In this document: positions 52,257-63,759 of the stretch, piece by piece
Layout: every line of letters starts with the position of its first letter
Position numbering within the stretch: the stretch's first letter is position 1
Program-made: the position numbers and the translations under genes
Origin: Vicugna vicugna
Taxonomy: Eukaryota
NCBI GenBank assembly: GCA_013265495.1
Contig: MU058384.1
Location: forward strand, 3,705,239 to 3,769,238
Reading direction: 5' to 3'
Length of the DNA: 64,000 nucleotides
Notes under the pieces: generated by a model
Told to the model about the DNA's origin: nothing
Seen by the model: only the letters and a program-made list of their open reading frames with translations
Database searches by the model: none

Positions 52257-53386
52257 GTACCTCACTTGTTTACTAAATATTTACTTTAGGCACCAATGTT
52301 TTAGGGCTACCTCTCCGTCATCCACAAAGCACTCAAGCAGCTTATGTTTGTGAAAGGATGTTTTTGTCAGTCTGATCATTATGCAACAGTGACTAGTTAA
52401 GTTGTGAGTTTTATCTGGAATTCAGTGTGGAAATTTGATCATACACAGGTAGGAAAAAACTTAGAGTTGAGGTCTGAGCTCCAGTTGGAGTTGCAGCTGA
52501 TGAGACTGTTAATAGGAAGTCTTGAGTACACACACTGGAGAAAGAAGAGGAGGTTGCATAAGGTCTCGTGCTGTGTCATCACTGGGGGTTTCATTGGGTA
52601 CACCTGTTTCCAACTAGAAATACGCTTCCTACTGGAAGTACTCTGAGTAGAAATTCTCTATCCCCAGAAAATTGCCATCCTGTTTAACAGGGATATGATT
52701 TCAATTAAGATGAGGAAGGAAGAATAAAAACTTATTGTATTTGTCTACAAGATCCAGTGTGTCCCATGTCATCCTCTCCGTTAATGGAACTTAATGATAA
52801 GAGGGTATTTTCTCCATCCAAAAAGATTGCTTAAAATGCTTTTGCGAGGCCAACTGATTTTACACTGTGTGAGTCTTTGAAAAGCATCTAACAGTTCAGC
52901 ATGAAACTCGTACTGAGCCTGATAGGCTTCATTTCCTTTGTGAAACTTCCATCTAGCTCATTGTGGCTTTTTCTCATCTGTATCTTCGAGTTCCCAAATC
53001 AAAGCCATCTTTGGGACATAGAGCCCTGAAACCCAAAGCCACATTTCTCATAGCTTAGTAGTTGGTATAAGAAGATCTCTATTGCAAAATCTATGCAAAA
53101 AAAAATTTAGTAGTATTTTGCTTTTATCTGAGTATCTAAAGCTTGTATAGCTTTTTCTAAAAAATCTGCAGAGTGTCATCTAGCAAATACATTTCCTGCA
53201 TGCCAGGCCTTGTGTTGGGGATTGATAGGTTATCCCTTTTCAGAATACTCTGCAATAGTTCTAAGACATTTTCCCCAACTCTGTCTAAATCTGCTTTTCA
53301 CCTGGAGGAATTCTTTAAGAAATCCCTACTTAATTTTACCCCAGACCTATCCTGTTAATTAATGTATCATCCATTTCATGATGACT

Positions 53387-53750
53387 TATTTTTCCTTTTA
53401 ATTGAAGTCTAGTCCCTTAACAATGTTGTCTCAATTTGTGGTGCACAGCACAACGTTTCAGTCATACATATACACACATATATTCCTTCTCATATTCTTT
53501 TTCATCATAGGTTACTACCAGACATTGAATATAGTTCCATGTGTGATATAGAAGAAACTGTTGTCAATCTATTCTATATATAGCAGTTAGTATCTGCAAA
53601 TCTCAAACTCCCAACCCATCCCTTCCCACCCCTTTCCCTCACACCAGTAACCTTAAGTTTGTTTTCTATGTCTGTGAGTCTGTTTCTGTTTTGTAAATAA
53701 GTTCGTTTGTGTCTTTTCCCCCAAGATTCCACATATGAGTGAAACATAAG
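53387..53750 (-). mobile_element. Lineage-specific L1 3'UTR fragment
   Basis: ttaattgaagtctagt...cattgaatatagttcc...aagtttgttttctatgtctgtgagtctgtttctgttttgtaaataag...gattccacatatgagtga mirrors the reverse complement of ~11150-11470. Confidence 0.88.
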
Positions 53751-54179
53751 GGTGTATTTTTAATTAAACATTTTGATTTGGACCTATTTACAACATATAT
53801 TAGTAGTTGATGAAGGAGTGAAGTTATTTTATTTATTCTTTTTAGTCTGTTATTTTATTTTCTTTACATTAAGTTTCTTTTAAGCCGACAGTGTTATGTT
53901 GGACAATTTTCACTCTATGCTATTTTTATTCTTGCCCTACTGGTATCTGGCGATTTAATTTCATGGCCATTCGTTCCTAGGGAAATTTTTTTAAATTAAA
54001 CATTTGAGAGAAAGAGATAAAGCTAATCTTACCAGAAATTTGTGTGGGACAAATAAGCTGATTTATTTAATTGCTTTCAGCCAGCCTTTGTGTAGAACTG
54101 TTATTGATATTTGAATAAACAGTTCTTCAAAGAGGCTCATCCACCTAAAATATACTCATTTATCTTCTGCACAGTAGCT

Positions 54180-54400
54180 GCTTGTTATTGAGCACTTACT
54201 ACGTGCATACTAAGTGCTTTACCCACATACATTTTCACATTTAATTCTTAAAACATCCCTATGAGGTATACAGTCTATCACCAAATTATAGGATTGTAAA
54301 CTGAGACTCGTAACAAATTCGATCATTTGCCCAAGGTGATATGTAAAATTTAGGATCAGATCTGCCTGACTCCAAAGTCTGCCTCTCTCACCACTAAACT
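54180..54400 (-). mobile_element. MIR SINE
   Basis: ttattgagcacttactacgtgc...catttaattctta...ccctatgaggta...ttgcccaaggt...tctgcctgactccaaag. Confidence 0.75.
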
Positions 54401-54683
54401 TCACTGAAATTACTTCTGGTTGGAAGGATATCAGACTTTCCTGCTAAGTGCGCTCACTTAGAAAAATCCATCAACCATACCTCCTGAGTTGTTCCATGCA
54501 GCATTCATCCCTTCTTCTGTCTTCCTCCTTAACTTAAGCTTTTGCCATTTTCTTTAGTTCATTTCAAGCCCAAATAGGTGTCTGGTTGCAGAGGACAAAG
54601 TTCTCTGGGATAGAAAGTGGTTTTTTCAGTCTAGCAATTTCCTCTGAGCCCTAGAAGTTCCTACAGTTCTGAAGAAAGTCTGC

Positions 54684-54705
54684 GTGTGTGTGTGTGTGTG
54701 TGTGT
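54684..54705. repeat. (GT)11 microsatellite
   Basis: Read directly from the sequence. Confidence 0.93.
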
Positions 54706-54821
54706 ATTTTTCATTTTATTTATTTCTGTTGCAGGTAGTTATAGGTGTAACTATTATCCCTGCCATCTACCAACAGAAAGGAAAACGGCTGTGAAATAAG
54801 GCAGAACAAGAGATATTTATA

Positions 54822-54973
54822 GTGGGGAGGGTGTAGCTTAAGTGGTAGAGTGCATGCTTAGCATGCTTGAGGTCCTGGGTTCAATCCCCAGTACCTCCTC
54901 TAAAAATAAATAAACCTAATTACCTCCCCTCCCCCACCAAAATAAAATAATACAATAATAAATAAAATAAAAT
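54822..54973 (+). mobile_element. tRNA-Ala-derived SINE (Vic-1-like), long-tail form
   Basis: ggggagggtgtagcttaagtggtagag...cttagcatg...gggttcaatccccagtacctc...aaataaacctaattacctcccc. TSD atatttata at 54813-54821 and 54974-54982. Confidence 0.93.
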
Positions 54974-55949
54974 ATATTTATAAATAGTATATTGTGTATG
55001 AATTAGCAAAATAAAGTCAAAATGAAGCGACTCTCTGTTTTCACAGGGCAAAGACTGAATGAGGAAGCTGTTCTTGTGACGTGTCTAGCTTCACTTAGGT
55101 TGATTCTTTGGACATCTAGAAAGTACAGCTGTGCCAGTTTTATTTTCATCTACTGCTCTTTGTTGAAGAGAGCAGTTTCTCTTTGGCAGCAAATTCTCAG
55201 GAAGCAATCTTAGGAGAAAATTTTTGTAAGTTTAAGCTCCTGAAAAATAATTGATGGGAACAATAAAAGTACTTTAAACCTATGTCTGAGTTTTCATATT
55301 GAAGGATACTTAGAGTCTAATCATGTACTTGCAATAAGATTTGTATCCATTTTGAATTACAAGGGCTCTTTTATTGTGGTAAGAATGAAATATTTAATTT
55401 TCCCCCCCAAAATGATCATTATTGCATTTTGAGAGAGGGAAATTGATGTTCTTTTTTTCCCCTTTGCATTGTAATAACACAATTTTCACAATTTTCTTTC
55501 AATAAATAACATAAAAATTCTTATGTGCCTGTAAACGAGACCCTATGCTAACATTTACATTTACTTAAAAATAAGAAATTGCTGTAACAGTTGTTTTCTG
55601 ATTTATTTCATGTGTTATAGAAATGACCAGATCTTCACTTGGGGTCTCTCAGTAAATGGAACAGTAAGTTTGGACCCCACTGGCCAACGAGTTGTGGGAC
55701 AGATTCACGAAATGCATCTGTCATCAGAAAGGGCTTAGAAGAAATAATGAACAGCTACAGTGTAGAGTGAGGAAGTTGTTTAATGAACCACTTCTGCTAC
55801 CGTCAGAAACTCCTTGAATAACAACAGCTCTCAAGCTCTAAACCTCGTGATTCTTGCCCCTTTTCCCTAGTTTACCTTCCTCTCTTTTTTCGGGGCCACT
55901 CCCCACTCACTTTAAACAACGTTTTGTAGAAAAAGAAAGCAAAACAGGA

Positions 55950-56650
55950 CAAGAAAATACCACTGCACACCATGAGATAGTCAACAGTTAAAAGCCCTTC
56001 TAATCCCAATGGCAAGGCTGTGAAGAGTGGGAAACATGTGCATTGTTGGCGGGAGAATGTATTGCCACTACCTTCCAAAGATCAATTTAGCAGTGTCTCA
56101 TAATATCCAGTGAGCATATCACCAGGAGTCAGCAGTTCCTGCTTTAGATGTGTACTGGAAAATAATCTTTGGCATGCATAAGGAGATATAATCAAGGATG
56201 TTTGTTAGAGTATGTAATATTATTGCATAACATTGTTTGTAATAAGCCCACCCCCAGAAGAGTTGGTTAGTATCTATCAACAGAAGAATAAATAAATACT
56301 TTCTGGTATAGTCATTTAATGGAATGTTATAGAGATCTTAAAATGAATTAACTAGAGCTTTCTGTATCACTATCAATATATCTCAAAAACAGCATTGAGG
56401 GAAAAAAATTATAGAAGCCTGTGTACAGTATGATGCATGTATATAAAAGGTAATTACATGTAAGACAGTGCTTTTGTGTACATATGTGTTATAAAAGGAT
56501 AGAAGTTTGCATGGGAATTATAAGTAAATTCGGAATAGTTACCTCTTTGAAGGGCAGGAGTGGAGTAGAATTGAGAGGGGATGACAGGAGACTTCAACTA
56601 CATATGTAATATTGTATTTCTCAGTCTGGGTGGTCTATATATGGGGGTAT
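55950..56650 (+). mobile_element. Old L1 (L1ME-like) 3' fragment
   Basis: ggcaaggctgtgaag...cattgttggcgggagaatgta...caaggatgtttg...aatggaatgttat...atctcaaaaacagcattgag. Confidence 0.65.
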
Positions 56651-56662
56651 GAAAACATTTGG

Positions 56663-57752
56663 TTAATTTTTAATTTTTTAATTCAGATGTAATTGACTTA
56701 TAATGTCATATTCATTTCAGGTTTACTACATAGTGATCAATATTTTTATACAGTACAAAATGGTCACCACCTGTCACCATACAAAACATATTACAATATG
56801 ATTGACTAGATTCTCTATGCTGTGCATTACACCCTTGTGACTTATTTATCTCATAAGAGGAAGTTTATCCTCTTAATCCCCTTTACCTGTTTTCCTTATC
56901 TCCACTCCCTTTTCCCCTCTGGCAACCATCAGTTTGTTCTCTGTTATCTATAAGTCTGTTTCTGTTTTGTTTGCATTATTTGTTTGATTTGTTTTTTAAA
57001 TTCCACATACAAATGAAATTATACAGTAGTTTTCTTTTTCTATTTCATTTAGCATAAATATCCTCTAGGTCCATCCATGTCATCACAAATGGCATGATTT
57101 CATTCTTTTTATGGCTGAATAGTATTCCCTTGTATATATACACCACATTTTCTTTATCCATTCATCTATTGATAGACATTTAGGTTGCTTCCATATCTTG
57201 GCTATTGTAAATAATGCTGCAGTGAACATGGGGGTGCATGTATCTTTTCAAGTTAGTGTTTTCATTTTCTTCCAATAAATACCCAGCAGTGGAAATGTTG
57301 GATCATATGGTAGGTCTATTTTTAGTTTTTTGAGGAATATCTATACTGTTTTCCACAGTGGCTGCACTGATTTACATTCCCAACAACAGTGCATGAGGGT
57401 TCCCTTTTCTCCACATCCTTGCCAACACTTGGTATTTCTTGTCTTTTTGATGATAGCCGTTCTAACAAGTGTAATGTGATATCTCATTGTGGTTTTGATG
57501 TGCATTTTCCTGATGATTAGTGATGTTGAGCATCTCTTCATGTATCTATTAGCCATCTGTATGTCTTCTTTAGAAAAATGCCTATTCAGATCATCTGCTT
57601 ATATTTTAATCAGGTTTTTTTTGATATTCAGTTATATGAGTTCCTTATGTATTTTGGATATTAATCCTTTACTATATATCATTTGCAAATATCATCTCCC
57701 ATTCAGTATGTTGCCTTTTTGTTTTGTTGATGGTTTTCTTTGCTGTGCTAAA
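56663..57752 (-). mobile_element. L1 3'UTR and ORF2 C-terminus (moderately old eutherian L1), antisense
   Basis: ORF 57341-57556 reads [18 protein letters not shown]...[28 protein letters not shown], the L1 ORF2 C-terminus. Confidence 0.93.
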
Positions 57753-58384
57753 GGGGTGTGTGATTAATTTTTTTACTTTTTATATACTTGAAATATTTCA
57801 CAATAACTTTTTAATGGAAGTTTCTATGGTCTGTTATTTTCTTTATTCATTGGGATAATTTACATATATTTTGGGCATGTGAATCTCGAAATATTTCTTA
57901 AGCTTCTTTTTCTTAATGTTCTAGCTGTGGTTTGAAAGTCTCACTTGTATTTGGATCTTCCTTTCTGCACTAAGATAGGCTTTATTCCCATTTTATCCAT
58001 TAGAAAATAAATGTTTGTCTGGAGATTGAGATGCACATCAATTAGTGGTGACACAGCTTGTGTTGAAACATAATGATTATGTGAGACTATTCCTTGTTCA
58101 AGAAATTTAGTAGTATTTTTCTCTGTATCCATTGCTTGAAAATTTACTTTCCATATGGGATTTGCCTTTATAGGCTGTCCTCTACAGCAGTCTGTCTACA
58201 TGCTTAATCCTTCATGTTCTCACTGAATATAGTAGCTACCCATGTGATGGCTGAAACTCTTCCTCTGCCTCAATGCATCTAGTATTTTCTAGACTGGTAT
58301 CTGACTAGCATGAAATTGTAGGCATGCAAACCAAAAGTTGTAATACTATCACTAAAGTAGCCCTTTAAAAATCAGCAATTTTTA

Positions 58385-58795
58385 ACAGTATGGCAGTTTT
58401 TCAAAAAGTTAAAAACAGAATTACCATAGGATCCTGCAAGTCCACTTCTGAGTATATATCCCAAAGAATTGAAAGCAGGATCTTAAAGAGATACTTGTAC
58501 ACCCATGTCCATAGCAGCATTATTCGCAATAGCCAAAAGGTGGAGGCAACCTAAATGTGCATCAGAGGATGAGTGGATAAAACAAAATGTGGTATATACA
58601 CACAATGGAATATTATTCAGTCTTAAAAAGGAAGGAAATGTTTTAAAATTGAAGTACAGTCAATTACAATGTGTCAATCTCTAGTGTACAACACAATGTC
58701 CCAGTCATGCATATTCATACATATATTCATTTTCATATTTTTTAAAAAGGAAGGAAATTCTAACACATGCTACAACATAGATGAACCTTGAGAAC
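58385..58795 (+). mobile_element. Old L1 (L1MB-like) 3' fragment split by a younger insertion
   Basis: cagaattaccatagga...ccacttctgagtatatatcccaaagaattgaaagcagg...caatggaatattattcag...[insert]...acacatgctacaacatagatgaaccttgag. Confidence 0.88.
58640..58741 (-). mobile_element. ~100-nt lineage-specific L1 tail in inverted orientation
   Basis: ttgaagtacagtcaattacaatgtgtca...cagtcatgcatat matches the L1 tails at ~13790 and ~53400. Flanked by the direct repeat ttaaaaaggaaggaaat at 58623-58639 and 58742-58758. Confidence 0.85.
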
Positions 58796-61243
58796 AACCA
58801 CAGTTGCTCATTCAAACAGTCTTGTGGTAACTAGAGCCCTGATGTTTATCTGTAGATACAGAGGGATCTAATCTCTTTTAGAGTTTATGTGTGAGAAATT
58901 GGATATCAAGTCTGTTTTTCTGGTAATCATTTATTTCCCCTTGAAGCAAATAATTATAGTTTTGAAAAGAGCGAGCAGTAATGTCCATGTTGTAAATTTT
59001 GATGATTGTGTCAGTTTCTAGTAAATTGATCAAGATAATTTCTGAACTTAAACTTGAACTTAAGTTGAATTTTTACGTGTATTTGGCAAAGTTGTTCAGA
59101 TTCTAGAGTCTTCTTAAACCCATAAAAACTTTGTTTTTCCCGCTTGCACCCACGACTTCTTTTTCTTAAAGTTTTACCTCCCTTACCAAGGTAAATAAGA
59201 TGAATTTAGTTTTAGATTAAATTGTGTATGGAATTGAAATTTGTGTTTTCCCAAAGGTTTATAATTATGTTAGTCTTACAGCGAATTCTTACTACATTCT
59301 TTTCAGCACTCTAAAATAGCACTTAACTTAGCGATACAAAGTACACAGTAAGTGTTAGGAGAAAGGTCACTGAGGATATAATCCTATAAAATAGTCTAAC
59401 GATTTGTGAACTAGAAACACTGGCCCTGCCCCACATAACAGCACTGCTCCTGGACTTTTGCCTCAGGTGTCTTGTTTACTTGGTAACTGACCAGTGATTT
59501 TTAAACCATGGCATTCTGTGTCTCCCCTGTTCAAGCCATCACATACACTTCTTAATATTTCATGGAAAGATTTTTTTTTTGTCTGTTCAGAGAAAAGAAA
59601 AGTCTTGTTCTTTTATTTTACTCATTTCAGAAATGATCTAACTTTTACCTGAGCTATAATAATTCCATGTCAAATTAGAGGAAAAAAGTTAATTTGGGAG
59701 AAGAGCAGATAAGTAATACATGTAAGCCATGCTTTATCCAGATTTTCTATGATGATCTTGAATTGACGAACTAGATGAATGATTTCTTTAGCAGGAGTTG
59801 ATTTCCAGTTGTTGAATCCCTGAGGCTTGGGAAAAAGCTTGAGACTGGAGAATCCAGTTTTCTTTGGTGTCAATTAGCAATATCACATCTTCAGAGGAAT
59901 TATCTATATGTTGGATAAAGTAGGCCCTTACTTTCCTTCATAATTCCTTCTTTATCCTTCCCTGTCCCATAGCATCTTAATGCTATTTCATCAAAGGAAG
60001 AGGGAAACTTATGCTAAGTGAATGGCAGAGGTCATCATGTCACTGGGTTGACACCAGATAGTCTCTTCATTTGTAGAGACTTTCATCACAGGCCCATGAC
60101 TTTGACTACCTGAAAGAGCAAGAAGGAATACCTCTGCACACAAGCCTCCCAACTCCCACCCAAATGGAGCAAGGCTTGCTGAATTCTGTTCCCTTTTGTT
60201 CATTATAAATATCTTTCTGTGGAGGTTGACCTTTGTGGCACTCCAACACATCATCCTATTTGAGCCCTTTTAGAATGCATCCTTGAAAGTTTTACTGATA
60301 TCTATGTGTAAAATGTAATGTACTGTACCAAAATTAATTACACCTGTAACTTTTCCACAATACAGTTTTTTTTTTTTTTTAGGGAATACCTGCACTTGAA
60401 TGATATGGCTTCTTTAGGCATTGCTGAAAGAAACAGCTGGTGACAAAGAAGGGGAAGTTGATTATAATAATAATGATAGATTATAAGACGTTTGTGTTAG
60501 GAAGCTCTTTCAAATGTTGTGTGTATGAAATGTCACTCTTCTGCATCTCAGACCTGTTTAAAGACATGTATCTACTTACAGTAGAGTTCTCCCACCAAGA
60601 TATATTTATTTAAACATGAAACAAAATTAATAGCAGAGGGGAAGAGAGTCTAGAATTTCTTTGAGGATTACCTTCCAGCCACGGTATAATTTAACCTGAT
60701 TTGGGGTACAGGTTGTTTTTATTGACAGTTGCTCATATGTCTTACCTGTGATTATGATGTGTTCTCCCCATGATCATGAACAACACAGGTACAAGATATC
60801 TCTGTATCTGATAATGTAGGGATTGCATTCGGGTTGTTTGCTTTGATAGTATTAATACCTCATACTCATATGGCTTTAAAATGCTTAAAGGTCTCTCACA
60901 AACTTATTTCATTTGGTCTTTAAAAATGACCCAATGAGATAGACAAGTTAGGTACTTACTATATAGATTGAACAGATGGAAGATATTTTTCTTACAGACA
61001 AGAAATAAATCCACAGAGATGCAATGACTTAGAGGCACACACAGATAGTAAGTGTCAGAGCAGGACAAGCCCCACATTTTGAGACTTGTCATTAGGTACA
61101 TTTCCCTCTAATCTGTCAGCAGATTTCATATATCCATTAAAAATATGATTTTCCAGGTTTTTATTAGATTGAGTTGTTTCTTTTTAAACTTAAGCTTTCA
61201 TGTAAGCATAACATTTAAGCACAAATGTACTTAGTTTTCCAAC

Positions 61244-61340
61244 TTTTTAATAAATTTAATGGAGGTATTGGGGATTGAACCCAGGACCTTGCACATGCTA
61301 GGCATGCATTCTACCACTGATCTATTTCCCTCCCCTTCCC
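61244..61340 (-). mobile_element. tRNA-Ala-derived SINE, short form
   Basis: taatggaggtattggggattgaacccaggaccttgcacatgctaggcatgcattctaccactga...ccctcccc. Confidence 0.9.
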
Positions 61341-62979
61341 CCACCTTTAAAGATGGGCCAATTCTGTGCCATCTGTGTTGGAGTGTTCGTCCCAAGTCTG
61401 CTCAGATGTGGAGAGTAATGATGAGTCCCACCTTCTTAGTGAGGCCCGTGGTATTCACAACAGCCCATCTAATATTTCTTTCTTTAGTTTTGAAGCATTA
61501 CAATTAGGTAAGAGGATGGAGCTGGGGAATAGAAGAAATACTCCTTTTTCCCCAACTTTAGTGGAAAACTTGCCATATTCCACTGGGACACAAAGAGATC
61601 TCCGAAGAGAAGAACCAGGAAGTCACCAGCAGGAAGCCATGGTCTTCTTTTCCTAGCCAAGGACTCCCAGCCCGTTCCTTTATTTTCTTTCAGGAAACAG
61701 ATCCTGGTTGCTAACTGTTTCTTCCACCCTAAGTGGATTTGACTTGGCAGCCTCACACCAGCTGTTCCCAACTTCCTTCCCCTGGCTGTAATTACCTAAA
61801 TTTTAGGCACAGAAAGTTTCCAATTTTGGAGGTACTCCATTTATTTGTCCTTACAATGACCTCTTCAATGTTACATTGTCCCAAATAGCTATCCAAAGTT
61901 GTCTTTGTCTTCCCTTGGAATGAGACCTAGGCTAGACTGTCTCGTTTAATTATCAAAGGATCCTTGAGTATTGAAAAAACTTTTGGGGATGTTTTTGGCA
62001 CAGCCAGGGGATACACTGATCAAAAGCCCCCTAAAGAATGAAGTTGTAGTGGGGTAATCCACCTTTAGGAACACTTCACTGGTAAGGAACTAGAGTTTAT
62101 GTTGATTTTTTTTCTTTTTATTTCCAGGCACTTTAGATGAGAAGTTTCCATGAAGTGATGTGAAATATTGCAGTTGCCTCTTAAATGTATTCCCCTTCTC
62201 CCTATTTTTTTTTCCTTCAGTGGATTTAGTACAAAAGAAACATTCACTGTTCCACCTCGGTAATTAGACACCTTTTGAGGTCTTGTTTGCTATTTATTTT
62301 TATTGAGTTAAAATGCACAAAAAGTACCTTTCTTTCTTTAAAGTTGATGCCTCTTTCGGGTTATATCATACACTGTGAGGAAGCTCTATTTCTTTCAAGA
62401 GAACCGTTTGTATCCATTTAACTTCTATAAACATGAGCAGGCATTAATAAGAATTCAGTAGATTTCTATAGGGATGAATTTAATATAGTTCTATAATTTG
62501 TTATAATGCATATATCACCTGCAATGAATGCAAAAAAGATCTGCAAGAGGGTTATACTTCAATGAGCAATTCTTCAGGAAGACCTAATGGACTGGCTGTT
62601 GGCCAACAGCAGCTGTGGTTATTTTGTATGGTGCCAGCCAGAGGAGAGCCTTCAGCTCACTCAGCGCTCCCCACAGCTCCCTTCAATACCACCTCCATTT
62701 CTGTGCCTGGTGCACCCAACAGAAATAATGATGGAGTAGCTCCTGTGCTGGGCATGAGGGCATCTCTCCTTCCAGTGACACAAGGACAATGCTAATTGTG
62801 ATTGGCCTTTAGCCAAAAGTAAATGATAGAATATAGAGTTGGAAGGGACCAGCAATCACTCAGTCCAGCTCCTAGTGTGTTACATTAGACAGAGGTGAAA
62901 GGACACGTGGCCAGTCAGGAGCAGAGCCAAGACTTAAACGTATCTACCCAAATTCATGGTCCAGTATTTTGTACATTCA

Positions 62980-63320
62980 TTAACTAATTAATGTATTTGT
63001 CCTTTTATTGACTACTGACTACATGCCCTGCCAGGCAATCAGTTGGGATACAAATACGAACAAAACATGGCCCTCGCATCCAAGGAGCTCATGATGTAGG
63101 ATGAGAGAATCATATGAAATGGTATTTGCAATATCGTATGTGCAGTGCTGTCATAGAGGTCTGTATGAGGGGTAATGATGGCCAAAATAAGGATGTCATC
63201 TGCTTCTGTTAGGAGGTTAGGTGTCATTGAAGGCAGTCAAGGCTAGCTTCACAGAGAACAGGTTTCTTAAGCTATGCGGAGAGGATGCTATGTGATAAAG
63301 AATGCAGAGAAGGGCGTTTT
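62980..63320 (-). mobile_element. L2 fragment (preceded by a MIR-like fragment at ~62820-62970)
   Basis: tttattgactactgactacatgcc...catggccctcgcatccaaggagctca...ggctagcttcacagag. Confidence 0.55.
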
Positions 63321-63484
63321 TAGTTACTTAGAAGGATGAGAGAAGGATATGCCTATAACAGGAAAGGGTGTAGTTTTCTACTCAGGGGAAATTACTCTGT
63401 AAGTCAAGTTTGTAAAATTCTACATACTATGTTCTTGGCTTCATGATTATCCAACATTTTTCTATTTGTTTTTCATGAACCATT

Positions 63485-63530
<46 letters not shown>
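63485..63530. repeat. Compound microsatellite (TG)9(AG)14
   Basis: Read directly from the sequence. Confidence 0.95.
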
Positions 63531-63535
<5 letters not shown>

Positions 63536-63759
63536 TATACTGCCTGTGAAACACTGTAGGAGAAGCCACTTTCAACCTTCCTCAACAATGTCACTCATCT
63601 ATCTGTTGATTTCCATTCCCCAGGGCACCACCATTGTCCAAGTCCTTATTTTGACATCCCTGTTCTTTGGCAATAGCTATCTAAATGCTTCTCCCTGTTC
63701 AATACTAAATACCGCTATCTAATTCATATTTTTAAAACTTTAACAAGGTTTATCTTTTA

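Noticed and set aside
52059..52289. The full 76-aa ORF as a standalone gene
   Set aside because: Only 52117-52256 matches ASK1 and it is bounded by AG/GT. The rest is intronic read-through.
54826..54898. tRNA-Ala(AGC)-like sequences (this and eight other copies) as functional tRNA genes
   Set aside because: They carry stem-breaking substitutions, A-rich tails, and in most cases TSDs and a shared non-tRNA tail, so they are SINEs.
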